A stretch of DNA of 64,000 nucleotides from Puniceicoccaceae bacterium (GTDB lineage: Bacteria; Verrucomicrobiota; Verrucomicrobiia; Opitutales; Oceanipulchritudinaceae). The notes below the pieces were generated by a model. That model was not told where the DNA came from and ran no database searches. It worked only from the letters and a program-made list of their open reading frames with translations. The stretch is from NCBI GenBank assembly GCA_040830765.1, contig JBFOMH010000009.1, positions 32,001 through 96,000 of the forward strand, read 5' to 3'. Positions 20,948 through 30,515 of the stretch are shown here, piece after piece. How positions within the stretch are numbered: the first letter of the stretch is position 1; each line of letters opens with the position of its first letter. A program made the translations under genes and the position numbers.

Positions 20948-22144
20948 TCAGAACCGGATTCCCAGCCCCGCATGGACGTAAATCTGTGAGCTGAAATCAA
21001 CCGTTGCTTCACGCTCCTCATTCATCTGGGTGTAGCTGCTGCCACTCTGGACCTGCATCCCGCTGAAGAGATTGATTCGCTCGGTGAGGAAATAATTAGC
21101 ACTGGCGTCGACATACCCACCCACTTGCCATTCGGCATCCTGGGTCGTGGTCAGGGCGCGGCTGGGATTCTCGCCCTCGAGGTCCAGCATGAGCATTTCA
21201 TAGGCCGAGAAACGGCCACTGACATAGAGCGCCGAGACACCCGCCCCAAGGTTGACCGCAAAGCGCCGCCCAATGCCGACGGAATACGTGGGTCCGGCAC
21301 GGACATTGTAGACGCTGGAGCGAAGGTCCGCTCGGGAGTCAACGGTCGCGCCCTCCGGAATCAGGTCTTCCGATTCCTCGGCGGCCAGCCAGACCAGCAG
21401 GTCACCCGAGTCCACATCGTCCCGGATCTGGTCCCCGACATAGGGATCCTGGGTGATGTTGCCATCCGCATCCTCGACGGGATCCGGGAGATCAGGCACA
21501 ATAGCCCCATTGGCCATCTGGTGCCTGAATTCCTGGACATAAAGATCAGCGTCGATGGTATCGTTGAAGCGGGAATCGAAACCAGTGAAGCTGAAGCCCA
21601 CCTGCACGCCCAGGTTCCGGCGCTGGTTAAGGTACTTGGTATAGCTGAGCTCCCACCCCATGGAACCACTTCCACTTCCCTCGAGAACGACATCAGCGGG
21701 AGAAAGGGCGGCGTAGCGGTGGAAGAGGAGAGCGCTTGGATCATTGGGATCCACCTGCTCCTCATTGAAATAGATGAAAGCCGAGGTCGCATCCGTATTG
21801 GATGAAGGAACAACGTCCTCACCCTCAACACCGCCTTCGACGAGCGTGGCGGAGATGTAGTCTTGCCGGAGCTCACCGTCATCATAAGAAATAACCCGTT
21901 CCTCCCCAGTGAAGATGTTGTTCTCCCGGGAGTAGGAATCCTGGAGCGGAATGGATCCAAAGTTGCCAAACTCGATATCCGGCGCCATCAGGTAGCGGAG
22001 CCGCAGCTCCAGGGTGACGTGCTTGGTCGGCGGTGGTGGCGGAACATACTTCGGCGCCTGGGCCATGACAATGGTGGGCAGGCCAAGGATTCCGACAGCG
22101 AGGAGCGGCGATGCCACTCGTTTATGAATATATGTAAAATTCAC
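20948..22144 (-). CDS. Hypothetical outer-membrane beta-barrel protein with long acidic loops
   Basis: Signal-peptide-like N-terminus (GTG 22144, start uncertain); amphipathic strands; C-terminal HAGLGIRF. Confidence 0.6.
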   Translation of the reverse strand: MNFTYIHKRVASPLLAVGILGLPTIVMAQAPKYVPPPPPTKHVTLELRLRYLMAPDIEFGNFGSIPLQDSYSRENNIFTGEERVISYDDGELRQDYISATLVEGGVEGEDVVPSSNTDATSAFIYFNEEQVDPNDPSALLFHRYAALSPADVVLEGSGSGSMGWELSYTKYLNQRRNLGVQVGFSFTGFDSRFNDTIDADLYVQEFRHQMANGAIVPDLPDPVEDADGNITQDPYVGDQIRDDVDSGDLLVWLAAEESEDLIPEGATVDSRADLRSSVYNVRAGPTYSVGIGRRFAVNLGAGVSALYVSGRFSAYEMLMLDLEGENPSRALTTTQDAEWQVGGYVDASANYFLTERINLFSGMQVQSGSSYTQMNEEREATVDFSSQIYVHAGLGIRF

Positions 22145-22280
22145 GAGACTGAGTTCAATGAATGTTGACCATGGCATACCATTGTGACCCCCTCAGCCTG
22201 TCAAACACAATGCCATGGCAAATTTGGAATGACCGGATTTTCCTTTTGCTCGTGGGGGAATTTCATCATCATCTTGGAAA

Positions 22281-24101
22281 ATGATTGGTTGGGAAGAAGT
22301 CTTTGTCAGTCTGCTCCTGCTGGGGGCGCTGATCAGCTTTGTCTGGGAGAAAATTCCCACGGACATGACGGCGATCATCCTGTTTGGCATTCTCCTCGCG
22401 GCCAGCTTCCTGCCCGTACAATCGGCTTTGCCCGGAATGGAGGAGCTTCTGGGCGTCTTCTCGAATCCTGCTCCACTGGCCATTGCGGCACTCTTCATAT
22501 TGAGTGCTGCCTTGGAAAAGTGCGGCCTCATCGACATCCTGGCCCAGGTCTTGGAGAGGCTTACCAAACTGGGTTATCATGGGTTGCTGATTTTGATGAT
22601 CCTTCTGGTGGCCGTTGTTTCCGCCTTCATCAATAATACCCCAGTGGTGGTGATTTTCCTGCCGGTTATCCTGACGCTCTCCAAGAAAATCCAGACACCC
22701 GCGTCCAAGCTGCTCATTCCCCTGAGCTATGCCTCCATATTCGGTGGCGTGTGCACCCTTGTTGGAACCAGCACCAACATCCTCGCCAGCGGCATTATCC
22801 AGTCGGAGGGATTCCGCCCCCTGAGCATGTTCGAACTCAGCCGGGTCGGCATTCCCCTGATGCTCATCGGGACGCTATACCTGACTCTCTTTGCCCGCAA
22901 ACGACTACCCGTCCGGGAAACCCTGACTTCCATCCTCAGTGACGAGGAACGGAAGGAGTTCTTCACCGAGGCCTTTATTCGTCCAGACAGTCCGCTTATC
23001 GGTAAAAGCTTCAAGGGCAGTGACTTACAGAAGGCAAAAGGTATCCGGCTCCTGGAAATCATCCGCGACGGGGTGGCCGTCAAAGGAAATATCTACACCA
23101 CCAACCTGCATGCCGGGGACCGGCTGGTCCTCGCCTGCCGACCGAGTGGGTTTGTCCAGGCCCGTTCGGTGGAGGGACTGCGGCTGGCCGTGGAGGAGCG
23201 GGAAGGCCTGGAAACCATTTCCGCCCATGAGGGGGCCATCGTTGAAGGCGTTATTGGACCGCGGTCGACAATTGTTGGCCGGACCATCCATGAACTGAAT
23301 TTCCGCCAGCGCTTCCGGATGATCATCCTCGCCATCCACCGCAAGGGGATCAACATGCGCGAGCGGATCGATTCCCTTCCCCTCGAGGAAGGCGACACCA
23401 TCCTCATGATGGGAACCGATTCCGCCCGGGAACAAATCCGCCGGGGCGACGATATCCTGCTTCTTGACCGGCCACACACCTCCCCCAAGGACCTGCGTAA
23501 AAAAGCACCGGTTGTACTGGGGACAATGATTGGGGTCATCGTGATGGTATCCCTCAACATCATGCCCATCACAGCTGCGGCGATTATCGGTGTGGGCATT
23601 GTCCTCATGAGCGGCGTGCTACGACCCAAGGAAGCCTATGCCGCCATAGACTGGAGCATCCTCATCCTCATTTACGGCATGCTGGGCCTGGGGACGGCCA
23701 TGCAATCAACCGGGGCCTCCGGGCATGTAGCCCTCCTGCTGGCCTCCCTGCAGAACCTGAACCTGCCCGGGATGTGGAACATGATCCTGATCCTGGCCTG
23801 CCTTTATCTCGCCACCTCCTTCCTGACGGAGATCCTTTCCAACAATGCCACAGTTGTCCTGATGGCGCCCATTGCCCTGCAACTGGGAGCCACACTGGGG
23901 GTGGACCCGCGTCCCTTTATCATCGCCGTCTGTATCGCCAGTTCAGCCAGCTTCTCAACACCCATCGGTTACCAGACCAATACCTATGTCTATTCGGTGG
24001 GAGGATACCGCTTCGCCGACTTCATTCGCATCGGGCTTCCGCTTAACATCATCTATCTGACCGGAACAGTTGCGCTTGTTCCATTCCTGTGGAATTTCTA
24101 G
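22281..24101 (+). CDS. SLC13 family permease with TrkA-C domains
   Basis: SAFINNT, LVGTSTN, LSNNA and PIGYQTN motifs; central RCK-C pair. Confidence 0.93.
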   Translation: MIGWEEVFVSLLLLGALISFVWEKIPTDMTAIILFGILLAASFLPVQSALPGMEELLGVFSNPAPLAIAALFILSAALEKCGLIDILAQVLERLTKLGYHGLLILMILLVAVVSAFINNTPVVVIFLPVILTLSKKIQTPASKLLIPLSYASIFGGVCTLVGTSTNILASGIIQSEGFRPLSMFELSRVGIPLMLIGTLYLTLFARKRLPVRETLTSILSDEERKEFFTEAFIRPDSPLIGKSFKGSDLQKAKGIRLLEIIRDGVAVKGNIYTTNLHAGDRLVLACRPSGFVQARSVEGLRLAVEEREGLETISAHEGAIVEGVIGPRSTIVGRTIHELNFRQRFRMIILAIHRKGINMRERIDSLPLEEGDTILMMGTDSAREQIRRGDDILLLDRPHTSPKDLRKKAPVVLGTMIGVIVMVSLNIMPITAAAIIGVGIVLMSGVLRPKEAYAAIDWSILILIYGMLGLGTAMQSTGASGHVALLLASLQNLNLPGMWNMILILACLYLATSFLTEILSNNATVVLMAPIALQLGATLGVDPRPFIIAVCIASSASFSTPIGYQTNTYVYSVGGYRFADFIRIGLPLNIIYLTGTVALVPFLWNF

Positions 24102-24107
24102 GGCGTT

Positions 24108-24911
24108 ATGCCTGAACTGGCCGAGGTTGAATACTACCGCAAGCAATGGTCGCCGGGGATTGGCCAGCGGGTCAATCGGGTCCGGGTCCATCCCAAGGCA
24201 CGGATATACCGGGATTCCCCGGCCCGCATGCTCCAGTCGGGTCTAAAGGGAACCCGCCTTGAGCATTCGGAGGCACACGGCAAGCAGATGTGTTTCCGGT
24301 TCTCCGGTGGATGCTGGCTGGGCGTTCATCTTGGCATGTCCGGGCACCTGCAGACAGCCGCTCCGGAAATTGTCCCGGCCCGGCACGAGCACCTCGTTCT
24401 GGTCATGGAAGACGTCGCCCTTGTCCTGGAGGACCCCCGCATGTTTGGAAAAGTCCTTTTTCACAAGGGTGAGGCGGCCCCGGCATGGTGGGACAACCTC
24501 CCGCCGCAACCGCAGGATGCAGCCTTTGACCGGGCGCGTCTCCGGGGGATCCTCAAGCGCCATCCGCGCAGGCCTCTCAAGGCCCTTCTGCTCGACCAGC
24601 AAGCCTTCCCGGGCATTGGGAACTGGATGGCGGATGAAATCCTCTGGCGGTCCCGAATTCATCCAGCCGCCACGGCCAATTCCCTCAGCCCATGGAATAC
24701 ACGTCGCTTGTTCGAGATAATAAAGGCCGTGGCAGAGGATGCCATGGCCGTTATTGGAACGGATTGGGGCGATCCGCCAGACGATTGGCTTTTCAACCAC
24801 CGCTGGCGCAAGGGGGGAGTGTGTCCGGTCAGCGGGAAGCCGTTGGTTTATGAAACCATCGGCGGCCGGACAACCTGTTACTCCCCGGCAATCCAGAAGG
24901 AAAAACGATAG
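24108..24911 (+). CDS. Fpg/Nei family DNA glycosylase
   Basis: MPELAEVE N-terminus, HLGMSG, DPRMFG and H2TH GIGNWMADE; degenerate C-terminal finger. Confidence 0.92.
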   Translation: MPELAEVEYYRKQWSPGIGQRVNRVRVHPKARIYRDSPARMLQSGLKGTRLEHSEAHGKQMCFRFSGGCWLGVHLGMSGHLQTAAPEIVPARHEHLVLVMEDVALVLEDPRMFGKVLFHKGEAAPAWWDNLPPQPQDAAFDRARLRGILKRHPRRPLKALLLDQQAFPGIGNWMADEILWRSRIHPAATANSLSPWNTRRLFEIIKAVAEDAMAVIGTDWGDPPDDWLFNHRWRKGGVCPVSGKPLVYETIGGRTTCYSPAIQKEKR

Positions 24912-24947
24912 AAATTGGGTAAAGGGGCCGCTTGAGGCGGACTCAGC

Positions 24948-27647
24948 GTGGCGGTTTATTCCGTAGACGTGGTGAATGCACTCTATCCCAGATCCGTGCT
25001 CCTGTTGCTTTGCCTGACCGCTGACTTCTGCTGCATGGGCATCCTCCCGATGCGGGATCAGTGGAAGGCGGCGATTGGAGCATTGGCTAATGGACAGGCG
25101 CAGCTGGCCCTGGAGAAATTCCGGGAATTTGACCATTGGTATGGGCAGGAATCCGCGGCCAGGGAGCGTGATTTCAGGATCAATCAACTTCGGTTGTGGG
25201 GACTGGCGGCCCTGCAGGCCGGTGAGCAGGATGAAGGCCTGCCTCTGCTTCTGGAATGGTTGCAGATTACAGATGAAGAGGCGCCGTACCGTGCCTTTAT
25301 TCGCTTCCAGGTGGCAATGGCTTACCGCATCCAGGGTGACGGCACCTCGGCTGTCGACCACTGGCGGGCTTTCCTCTCGGAGCATCCCCAGCTTCCGGAG
25401 ACGGCACTTGTCCGCTGGATGTGGGCGGACCAGCTTCTGGCTGAAGCGAAGCTCGGGGAGGCCCGTGCCCAATTGGAAACAATCATTGAGGAGAACCTGC
25501 TTTCCAAACCTGGCCGGAACCTGGCACGGGCTGCACTCGCACTTGTCTGCATTAGCATGGGAGATGGTCCGTCCGCGGTCATCCAACTGGGGCATTCAGA
25601 TGGCCAACCGGACACTCAGGGTCCGGCCCAAGTTTGGAAAGCCCTACTCGCTCCATCCCTGGTTCAAGACTTGCTGGAAGCGGAACCGGAACTGGCGCAA
25701 CGCGTGTCCGGGTGGTTTGACCGACCTGATAACCTGCAACAGAAAGTTCTACCATTCATCGAGGCTGTAAGCGAGACAGCTGGAAATATCCGGCAGGTCG
25801 TCTGGGGAAGCCACTGGAAAGCCCAATTGAACCGCCTTCAAAGTGCCATCAAGGAGTCCAGTGGCTCAGGGAATGGCATGGAAGCGCTCTTCCGCTTGAG
25901 GCTGCGAGCGCTCCTCAAGAGTAACCTCTTTGCAGAGGCCCTTTACCTGTCCGAGTTCCTCCTGCAATCCCGGATGCCAGCCGCGGGGCGGTTGCGGGCT
26001 GATTGTCACGCCGCTGCCATCGAAGCCTGCTTGAACCTTGCCTTTTGGGACAAGGCTGACGACTTCGCATCGACCTTCATCAAGGACTATCCGGAGGACC
26101 CCGGTTTACCGGACATTCTGTTTCTCAAGGCACGAATTGCCGCTGAAAGGAAGGCCTTCATGGCAGCGGTGCAACAAGTGGATGCCCTTTTGAATGCCCG
26201 GCCAGACCATGCGTCAGCCTTGGCATGGCAGTTGACCGCCGCCGGTTGGCTGCTTGATGGCGGTGAAGCCGGACCGGCTCTGGAACGCTATGAAGAGCTC
26301 CTTGAAAAGTCTCCCCTGGCATGGCAACCTCTGATCCATCTCCAGCGGTCGCGGTGCCTCGATAAGTCAGGGAAAGTCGTGGCGGCGAAGGCCCTCCTGG
26401 AGCAAGTCACGGATGACCCGTTGGCTTCCAGTCTCCTCAAGGAACAGGCCTTTGTGGTCTGGCTGGGCATCACCGTGCGGGGTATCGAAGTTGAGGAGTT
26501 TCAATTCGTCTTGAATCTCTATCGTCGGTCGTTTCCGGCTGGCTTCAACCGCTTGATGGTGGAGAACCTGGCGGGGACATTTGCCGGCTTAAGCGGGGAT
26601 CCGGTCACAGCGGAAAAAATCTTCACTGTGGTATCGGGCGAGAGCCATCCTGCCACTGCCTATGCCCATGAGCAACTCTCCTTGATTTATCGACAGGAGA
26701 AGAACTTTCCCTCCTTGCGCAAGCATGCCCGGAGATGGATTGGCCAAACCCAGCGCGACAATCTGCCCATTCCCAAAGTCGCGATGGAGGACTGTCGACT
26801 GTATCAAATTTCGGAGGGAGAGCCCGCCCTCGGCAAGGCACTGCTGGAGACCCTGATGGAGCAGATGGAGACGGGCCAACCCACCCTTCCGGGAATGCTC
26901 CTCCTCGCTATCCTGGAGGACCAGTGGGAATCCTACTCAATCCTTCTTGGCCGAAACGGCCTTGCCTTCGCCAGCTGGCTGCAGGACAAGCGCAACCTGT
27001 TTTCCAGAAACGAAAGGTGGCTTCCCTACGCGCAGTGCCTCCTTTTCGAGGCAGACCAGCTGGAGTCACTCGGGCGTATCGACTCAGCCGATACACGCCG
27101 CATAGAAGTGATCAGGTCGGTCAACCCGGACATGCTCAACGCCAGCAGCCTTCATACGGTCGCTAAAACCGCGGACAAGTATGATTTCCCCGAGGGAGTT
27201 CCCCTTCTGGAACAATTCCTCAAGCAGTTTCCAGATGACCAGCTGAGACCGGATGTCCTGTACCGCCTGGCTATGCGCTGGCGCCATTCCGGGCAACGGG
27301 AACGTGCAGAGGCGTTGCTGACAGAAGTCCTCACCCAGTGGACGGATGCCTCCATCCATCCGGAAGCCTGCCTCCTTTTGGCTACATGGGCCCTCGACGC
27401 GGGGCAACCGTCCCGTGCAACAAGTACCTTGAAGGTCCTGCTCGAAAAAGCTGGATTGCCGCCAGCCTTAACAGCGAGGGCTATGCTTCTGCGGGCGCAA
27501 AGCGACTTTCTCATGAACAACCCGGAAAGGGGGCGTCTGGGATGCCAGCGAATTCTTGCCCTCTATCCGGCATTCGGGGACATCACCGCCAGGGCACAAG
27601 CCCTGTTAGAGGAAAACATATTAATCGGAGACGTCGATGAGGTCTGA
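24948..27647 (+). CDS. Large exported TPR-repeat protein
   Basis: All-alpha Ala/Leu-rich repeats with F...YP/HP/FP turns; hydrophobic N-terminus; start uncertain. Confidence 0.7.
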   Translation: MAVYSVDVVNALYPRSVLLLLCLTADFCCMGILPMRDQWKAAIGALANGQAQLALEKFREFDHWYGQESAARERDFRINQLRLWGLAALQAGEQDEGLPLLLEWLQITDEEAPYRAFIRFQVAMAYRIQGDGTSAVDHWRAFLSEHPQLPETALVRWMWADQLLAEAKLGEARAQLETIIEENLLSKPGRNLARAALALVCISMGDGPSAVIQLGHSDGQPDTQGPAQVWKALLAPSLVQDLLEAEPELAQRVSGWFDRPDNLQQKVLPFIEAVSETAGNIRQVVWGSHWKAQLNRLQSAIKESSGSGNGMEALFRLRLRALLKSNLFAEALYLSEFLLQSRMPAAGRLRADCHAAAIEACLNLAFWDKADDFASTFIKDYPEDPGLPDILFLKARIAAERKAFMAAVQQVDALLNARPDHASALAWQLTAAGWLLDGGEAGPALERYEELLEKSPLAWQPLIHLQRSRCLDKSGKVVAAKALLEQVTDDPLASSLLKEQAFVVWLGITVRGIEVEEFQFVLNLYRRSFPAGFNRLMVENLAGTFAGLSGDPVTAEKIFTVVSGESHPATAYAHEQLSLIYRQEKNFPSLRKHARRWIGQTQRDNLPIPKVAMEDCRLYQISEGEPALGKALLETLMEQMETGQPTLPGMLLLAILEDQWESYSILLGRNGLAFASWLQDKRNLFSRNERWLPYAQCLLFEADQLESLGRIDSADTRRIEVIRSVNPDMLNASSLHTVAKTADKYDFPEGVPLLEQFLKQFPDDQLRPDVLYRLAMRWRHSGQRERAEALLTEVLTQWTDASIHPEACLLLATWALDAGQPSRATSTLKVLLEKAGLPPALTARAMLLRAQSDFLMNNPERGRLGCQRILALYPAFGDITARAQALLEENILIGDVDEV

Positions 27648-28326
27648 AAAATTGATAGTGGCAGCAACCCTGTTCCTGGCCATCACAGTTGCCGCAGAGG
27701 CACTTCAGATCTCGGGGGTAACCAAGGAAGGGATGTCCTTTGCCGGTAACCTGATTTCGACGGCGGAAACTGAATTACTCCTCGAGAGAGAGCGCGGTGC
27801 GGCAACCACCCAATTGGGCATTCCCCTCGATTCCATTGCCAGCATTAGCTTGGTGGAGTCAGCCCAGGACCCACTTCTGGCAATGGAAGCGTTTCCGCAC
27901 CTGCTTGATTTTCTGGATGAGGCTTCAAGAAAGAGGTTGCTGAAGGCCGTGGTTGAATCGGTGGAATTGGGTGATTGGTCATCGGGCTACCATTGGACTT
28001 CACAACTCCTCCAGTTGGAGTGGACTAGAGAAACCGAGATGCTCCTTGGTATTTACCGGGCATGGTGCCTTTTTGAAATGGGTCTGTTTGGAGCATCCCA
28101 CGAGGCCACCCTGAAAATTGCCGAAGAGATCGACCCGATGGAGGCCTCTGCGAGGTTCTGCTGGTTAATGGCACACCTGGCGGTGAAGGCCGGAGAGGTT
28201 GCTGAGGCAAGGAAATGGATCAGCCTCCCGACACTGCAGATCCCATCAAGGACAAATGCCCTGGCGATTGAACTGCAATCCCTGCTTATGGAAACAGGCC
28301 CCAGCCGGAGGAGAGCCGTCCCATGA
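27637..28326 (+). CDS. Hypothetical exported protein (beta N-domain plus TPR-like helices)
   Basis: Signal peptide ending A-E-A; overlaps both neighbouring genes. Confidence 0.65.
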   Translation: MRSEKLIVAATLFLAITVAAEALQISGVTKEGMSFAGNLISTAETELLLERERGAATTQLGIPLDSIASISLVESAQDPLLAMEAFPHLLDFLDEASRKRLLKAVVESVELGDWSSGYHWTSQLLQLEWTRETEMLLGIYRAWCLFEMGLFGASHEATLKIAEEIDPMEASARFCWLMAHLAVKAGEVAEARKWISLPTLQIPSRTNALAIELQSLLMETGPSRRRAVP

Positions 28327-28880
28327 ACACCACTCTTTATGAACTTCTCCAGCAAGGCGGCTGGGCCATGTTCCCCCTCGGGAGCCTGTCGCTCGCCTTG
28401 TTCGCCCTGATACTTTTCACGTGGATACAGACCTCACGCGGCCATTACGGTCTAAGGCCCTCCCGGTGGACCGAGCTCCCCGTGGGCCGCCAACTCCTTG
28501 GGCGGGCTTCGGAATTGGAAAGCGAGGCCCGTGGGACCTTCATCGATGAACAAAGTACAATCATCGAGGCCAATACATTGAGATGGATCCAGTACCTTAA
28601 TGTCATCGCCACCATCGCCCCAATGGTTGGACTGCTGGGAACCGTCAGTGGCATGATCGGGGCCTTCCAGACAATCGCCACCGGAGGAATGGGTAAGCCC
28701 GAGTTGTTGGCTGGCGACATCGGAGAAGCCCTCATAACAACGGCTACCGGCCTGACAATCGGTATCCCGGCCATGATATTCTACTTCGTGCTCAGGAACC
28801 GGCTCGACTCAAGATTGGAAGAGCTGGTGGACTGGCTGAGCCGGGAACTGGAAACGGCGGAGAAGCCTAGTCAAAATTGA
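28323..28880 (+). CDS. MotA/TolQ/ExbB proton channel family protein
   Basis: APMVGLLGTV.GMI.AF and I.EALITTA.GL motifs. Confidence 0.92.
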   Translation: MNTTLYELLQQGGWAMFPLGSLSLALFALILFTWIQTSRGHYGLRPSRWTELPVGRQLLGRASELESEARGTFIDEQSTIIEANTLRWIQYLNVIATIAPMVGLLGTVSGMIGAFQTIATGGMGKPELLAGDIGEALITTATGLTIGIPAMIFYFVLRNRLDSRLEELVDWLSRELETAEKPSQN

Positions 28881-29610
28881 AAGGCTGCCGGACAGCCACC
28901 AGGGCGGGTTTACCATTCCGCTTCGGCGGGGCAAAACGCGTTTCCTCCAAAGTCTTCAGCACGCTCAAGGTGAGGTACTTATTATCGCTGGTAAGGACCT
29001 TCGGCATATGCACATGGCCTTGGTGGTCAATGTAGTACTTGACGACCACTTTCCCTTTGGGCGCACCCTCTTCCGGAGGATGAACAAGATAGAGCTTCGA
29101 CTCAAGAATCTGCAACGGTTCGTCGAGCTCCTTGGGATTGCACTCCCCGTATCGGTAGCTGGCAGCATTGGCCTCATATAAGCGCCGCTCCACCGCGTCG
29201 GAGACGGAGCCTCCCTGTGGAGCACCAACGAGGCCACGCTTCCAGGCCCTCTGTTCGAGATCATAGAAAGTTACGATGACAGTTATTTTCCCAGGGACCG
29301 GTTCTCCCTTCAGGGAAGCCGGTTCGAATTTTGCCTCGAGTATTTTCTCCTCCGCTTTCGACAATAGCCCAAAATGGGTCGCTTCGACTGCCAAAGCATC
29401 AAGTATCTGGCCGTTGGGGCCGACCTTTACATGGAATGCGACCCGTGGATTTTCCATCAGGAGATGCCTAAGATCGTTCGGCAAGGTGGTTTCCAGGGGA
29501 TTGATCAACCTGACCGGCGTGTAGTCTGCAGAAGAAGCCTGCAGATTAGCGATTCCCGCAAACAAAGTAACAGCAGCCAGCAGGACCGAATGTCTGACCG
29601 ATATCTTCAT
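28867..29610 (-). CDS. TonB-family protein with two TonB C-terminal domains
   Basis: Two repeats of V...V/I...G.V.......FEP/FAP...G.PV; N-terminal signal peptide. Confidence 0.75.
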   Translation of the reverse strand: MKISVRHSVLLAAVTLFAGIANLQASSADYTPVRLINPLETTLPNDLRHLLMENPRVAFHVKVGPNGQILDALAVEATHFGLLSKAEEKILEAKFEPASLKGEPVPGKITVIVTFYDLEQRAWKRGLVGAPQGGSVSDAVERRLYEANAASYRYGECNPKELDEPLQILESKLYLVHPPEEGAPKGKVVVKYYIDHQGHVHMPKVLTSDNKYLTLSVLKTLEETRFAPPKRNGKPALVAVRQPFNFD

Positions 29611-29678
29611 ATCATACACGCTAGCACCAGTTGGTGCCGGTGGCAAATACTATCGACCAGATGGAAAGTCGCCGAATC

Positions 29679-30371
29679 CTAGGAATCGACGTTCGGGAGG
29701 GCATCCACACCAAGCCGATCCCGGAGGGAGTTCGCCTTGAAGGCCCAAAATGGGGCCGAATCCAGCTGGAGGATAATGTCCGTGGCCTCAATGGCCTTCT
29801 CCGTTTCACCAGCTTCCCAATGTGAGATGGCGAGATGGTAAGCGGCTTCACCGCGGGTCTGGTCAAGGGCTGAGGAATCACGGGCCACCGCCTCAAGAAC
29901 TCCCCGTCCCGATTCGGTTTGACCCGCTTGCAGCAGGCTCATGCCCTGCCCCAGAATGGCGCGGGAAACAAGGGTTGCATCGACAAAGACCTTGGCTGAT
30001 TCCGCGTAGAAGCTGGCTGCTTCCTCAAAGGCTCCTTCATCATAACGGGCATCTGCGACTTGCAACTGGGCTAAAGCGGCCAGTTGATGGTCTCCGTGAC
30101 TGCCGGCAAATTCCAGTTTTGCATCCGGCGTCGCGGCGAGGCTGAATTCCTCACGGATTGATTCTTCCTTCTTGTCACCGAAATACTGCACCAGCTGGAT
30201 GCCGATGACGATAGCTGCCCCGATGGCGATACCACCAAAAATACCGGTCCCGTTCTTCTTCCAGAAATCGTTGAAACGCTCCTCGATATCCGCATCGGGT
30301 GGGAGCTCGCTGTCCGGATCCAGGTGAGGAGGGAGTTCGGGCTGCTTGGGGTCCTTCTTGTCTTTGCTCAT
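29679..30371 (-). CDS. YfgM-like membrane-anchored TPR protein
   Basis: FW.KN followed by a single TM, then TPR-like helices. Confidence 0.7.
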   Translation of the reverse strand: MSKDKKDPKQPELPPHLDPDSELPPDADIEERFNDFWKKNGTGIFGGIAIGAAIVIGIQLVQYFGDKKEESIREEFSLAATPDAKLEFAGSHGDHQLAALAQLQVADARYDEGAFEEAASFYAESAKVFVDATLVSRAILGQGMSLLQAGQTESGRGVLEAVARDSSALDQTRGEAAYHLAISHWEAGETEKAIEATDIILQLDSAPFWAFKANSLRDRLGVDALPNVDS

Positions 30372-30447
30372 GATTTTGAAAATTGGAAAGTGGAGAGGAA
30401 GACGGTTCAAGGCAAAAGGTCAAATCCATTCAATGCCGCCACCAGAC

Positions 30448-30488
30448 AAAAAAAGAGCGGAGCAGGCCCATGAAGGGCCCACCCCGCT
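30448..30488 (-). terminator. Rho-independent terminator after the TBDR-exoprotein operon
   Basis: Minus strand AGCGGGGTGGGCCC-ttcat-GGGCCTGCTCCGCT followed by CTTTTTTT. Confidence 0.8.
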
Positions 30489-30515
30489 GAATGATTTGTG
30501 TATGAAGAGAGTAGC

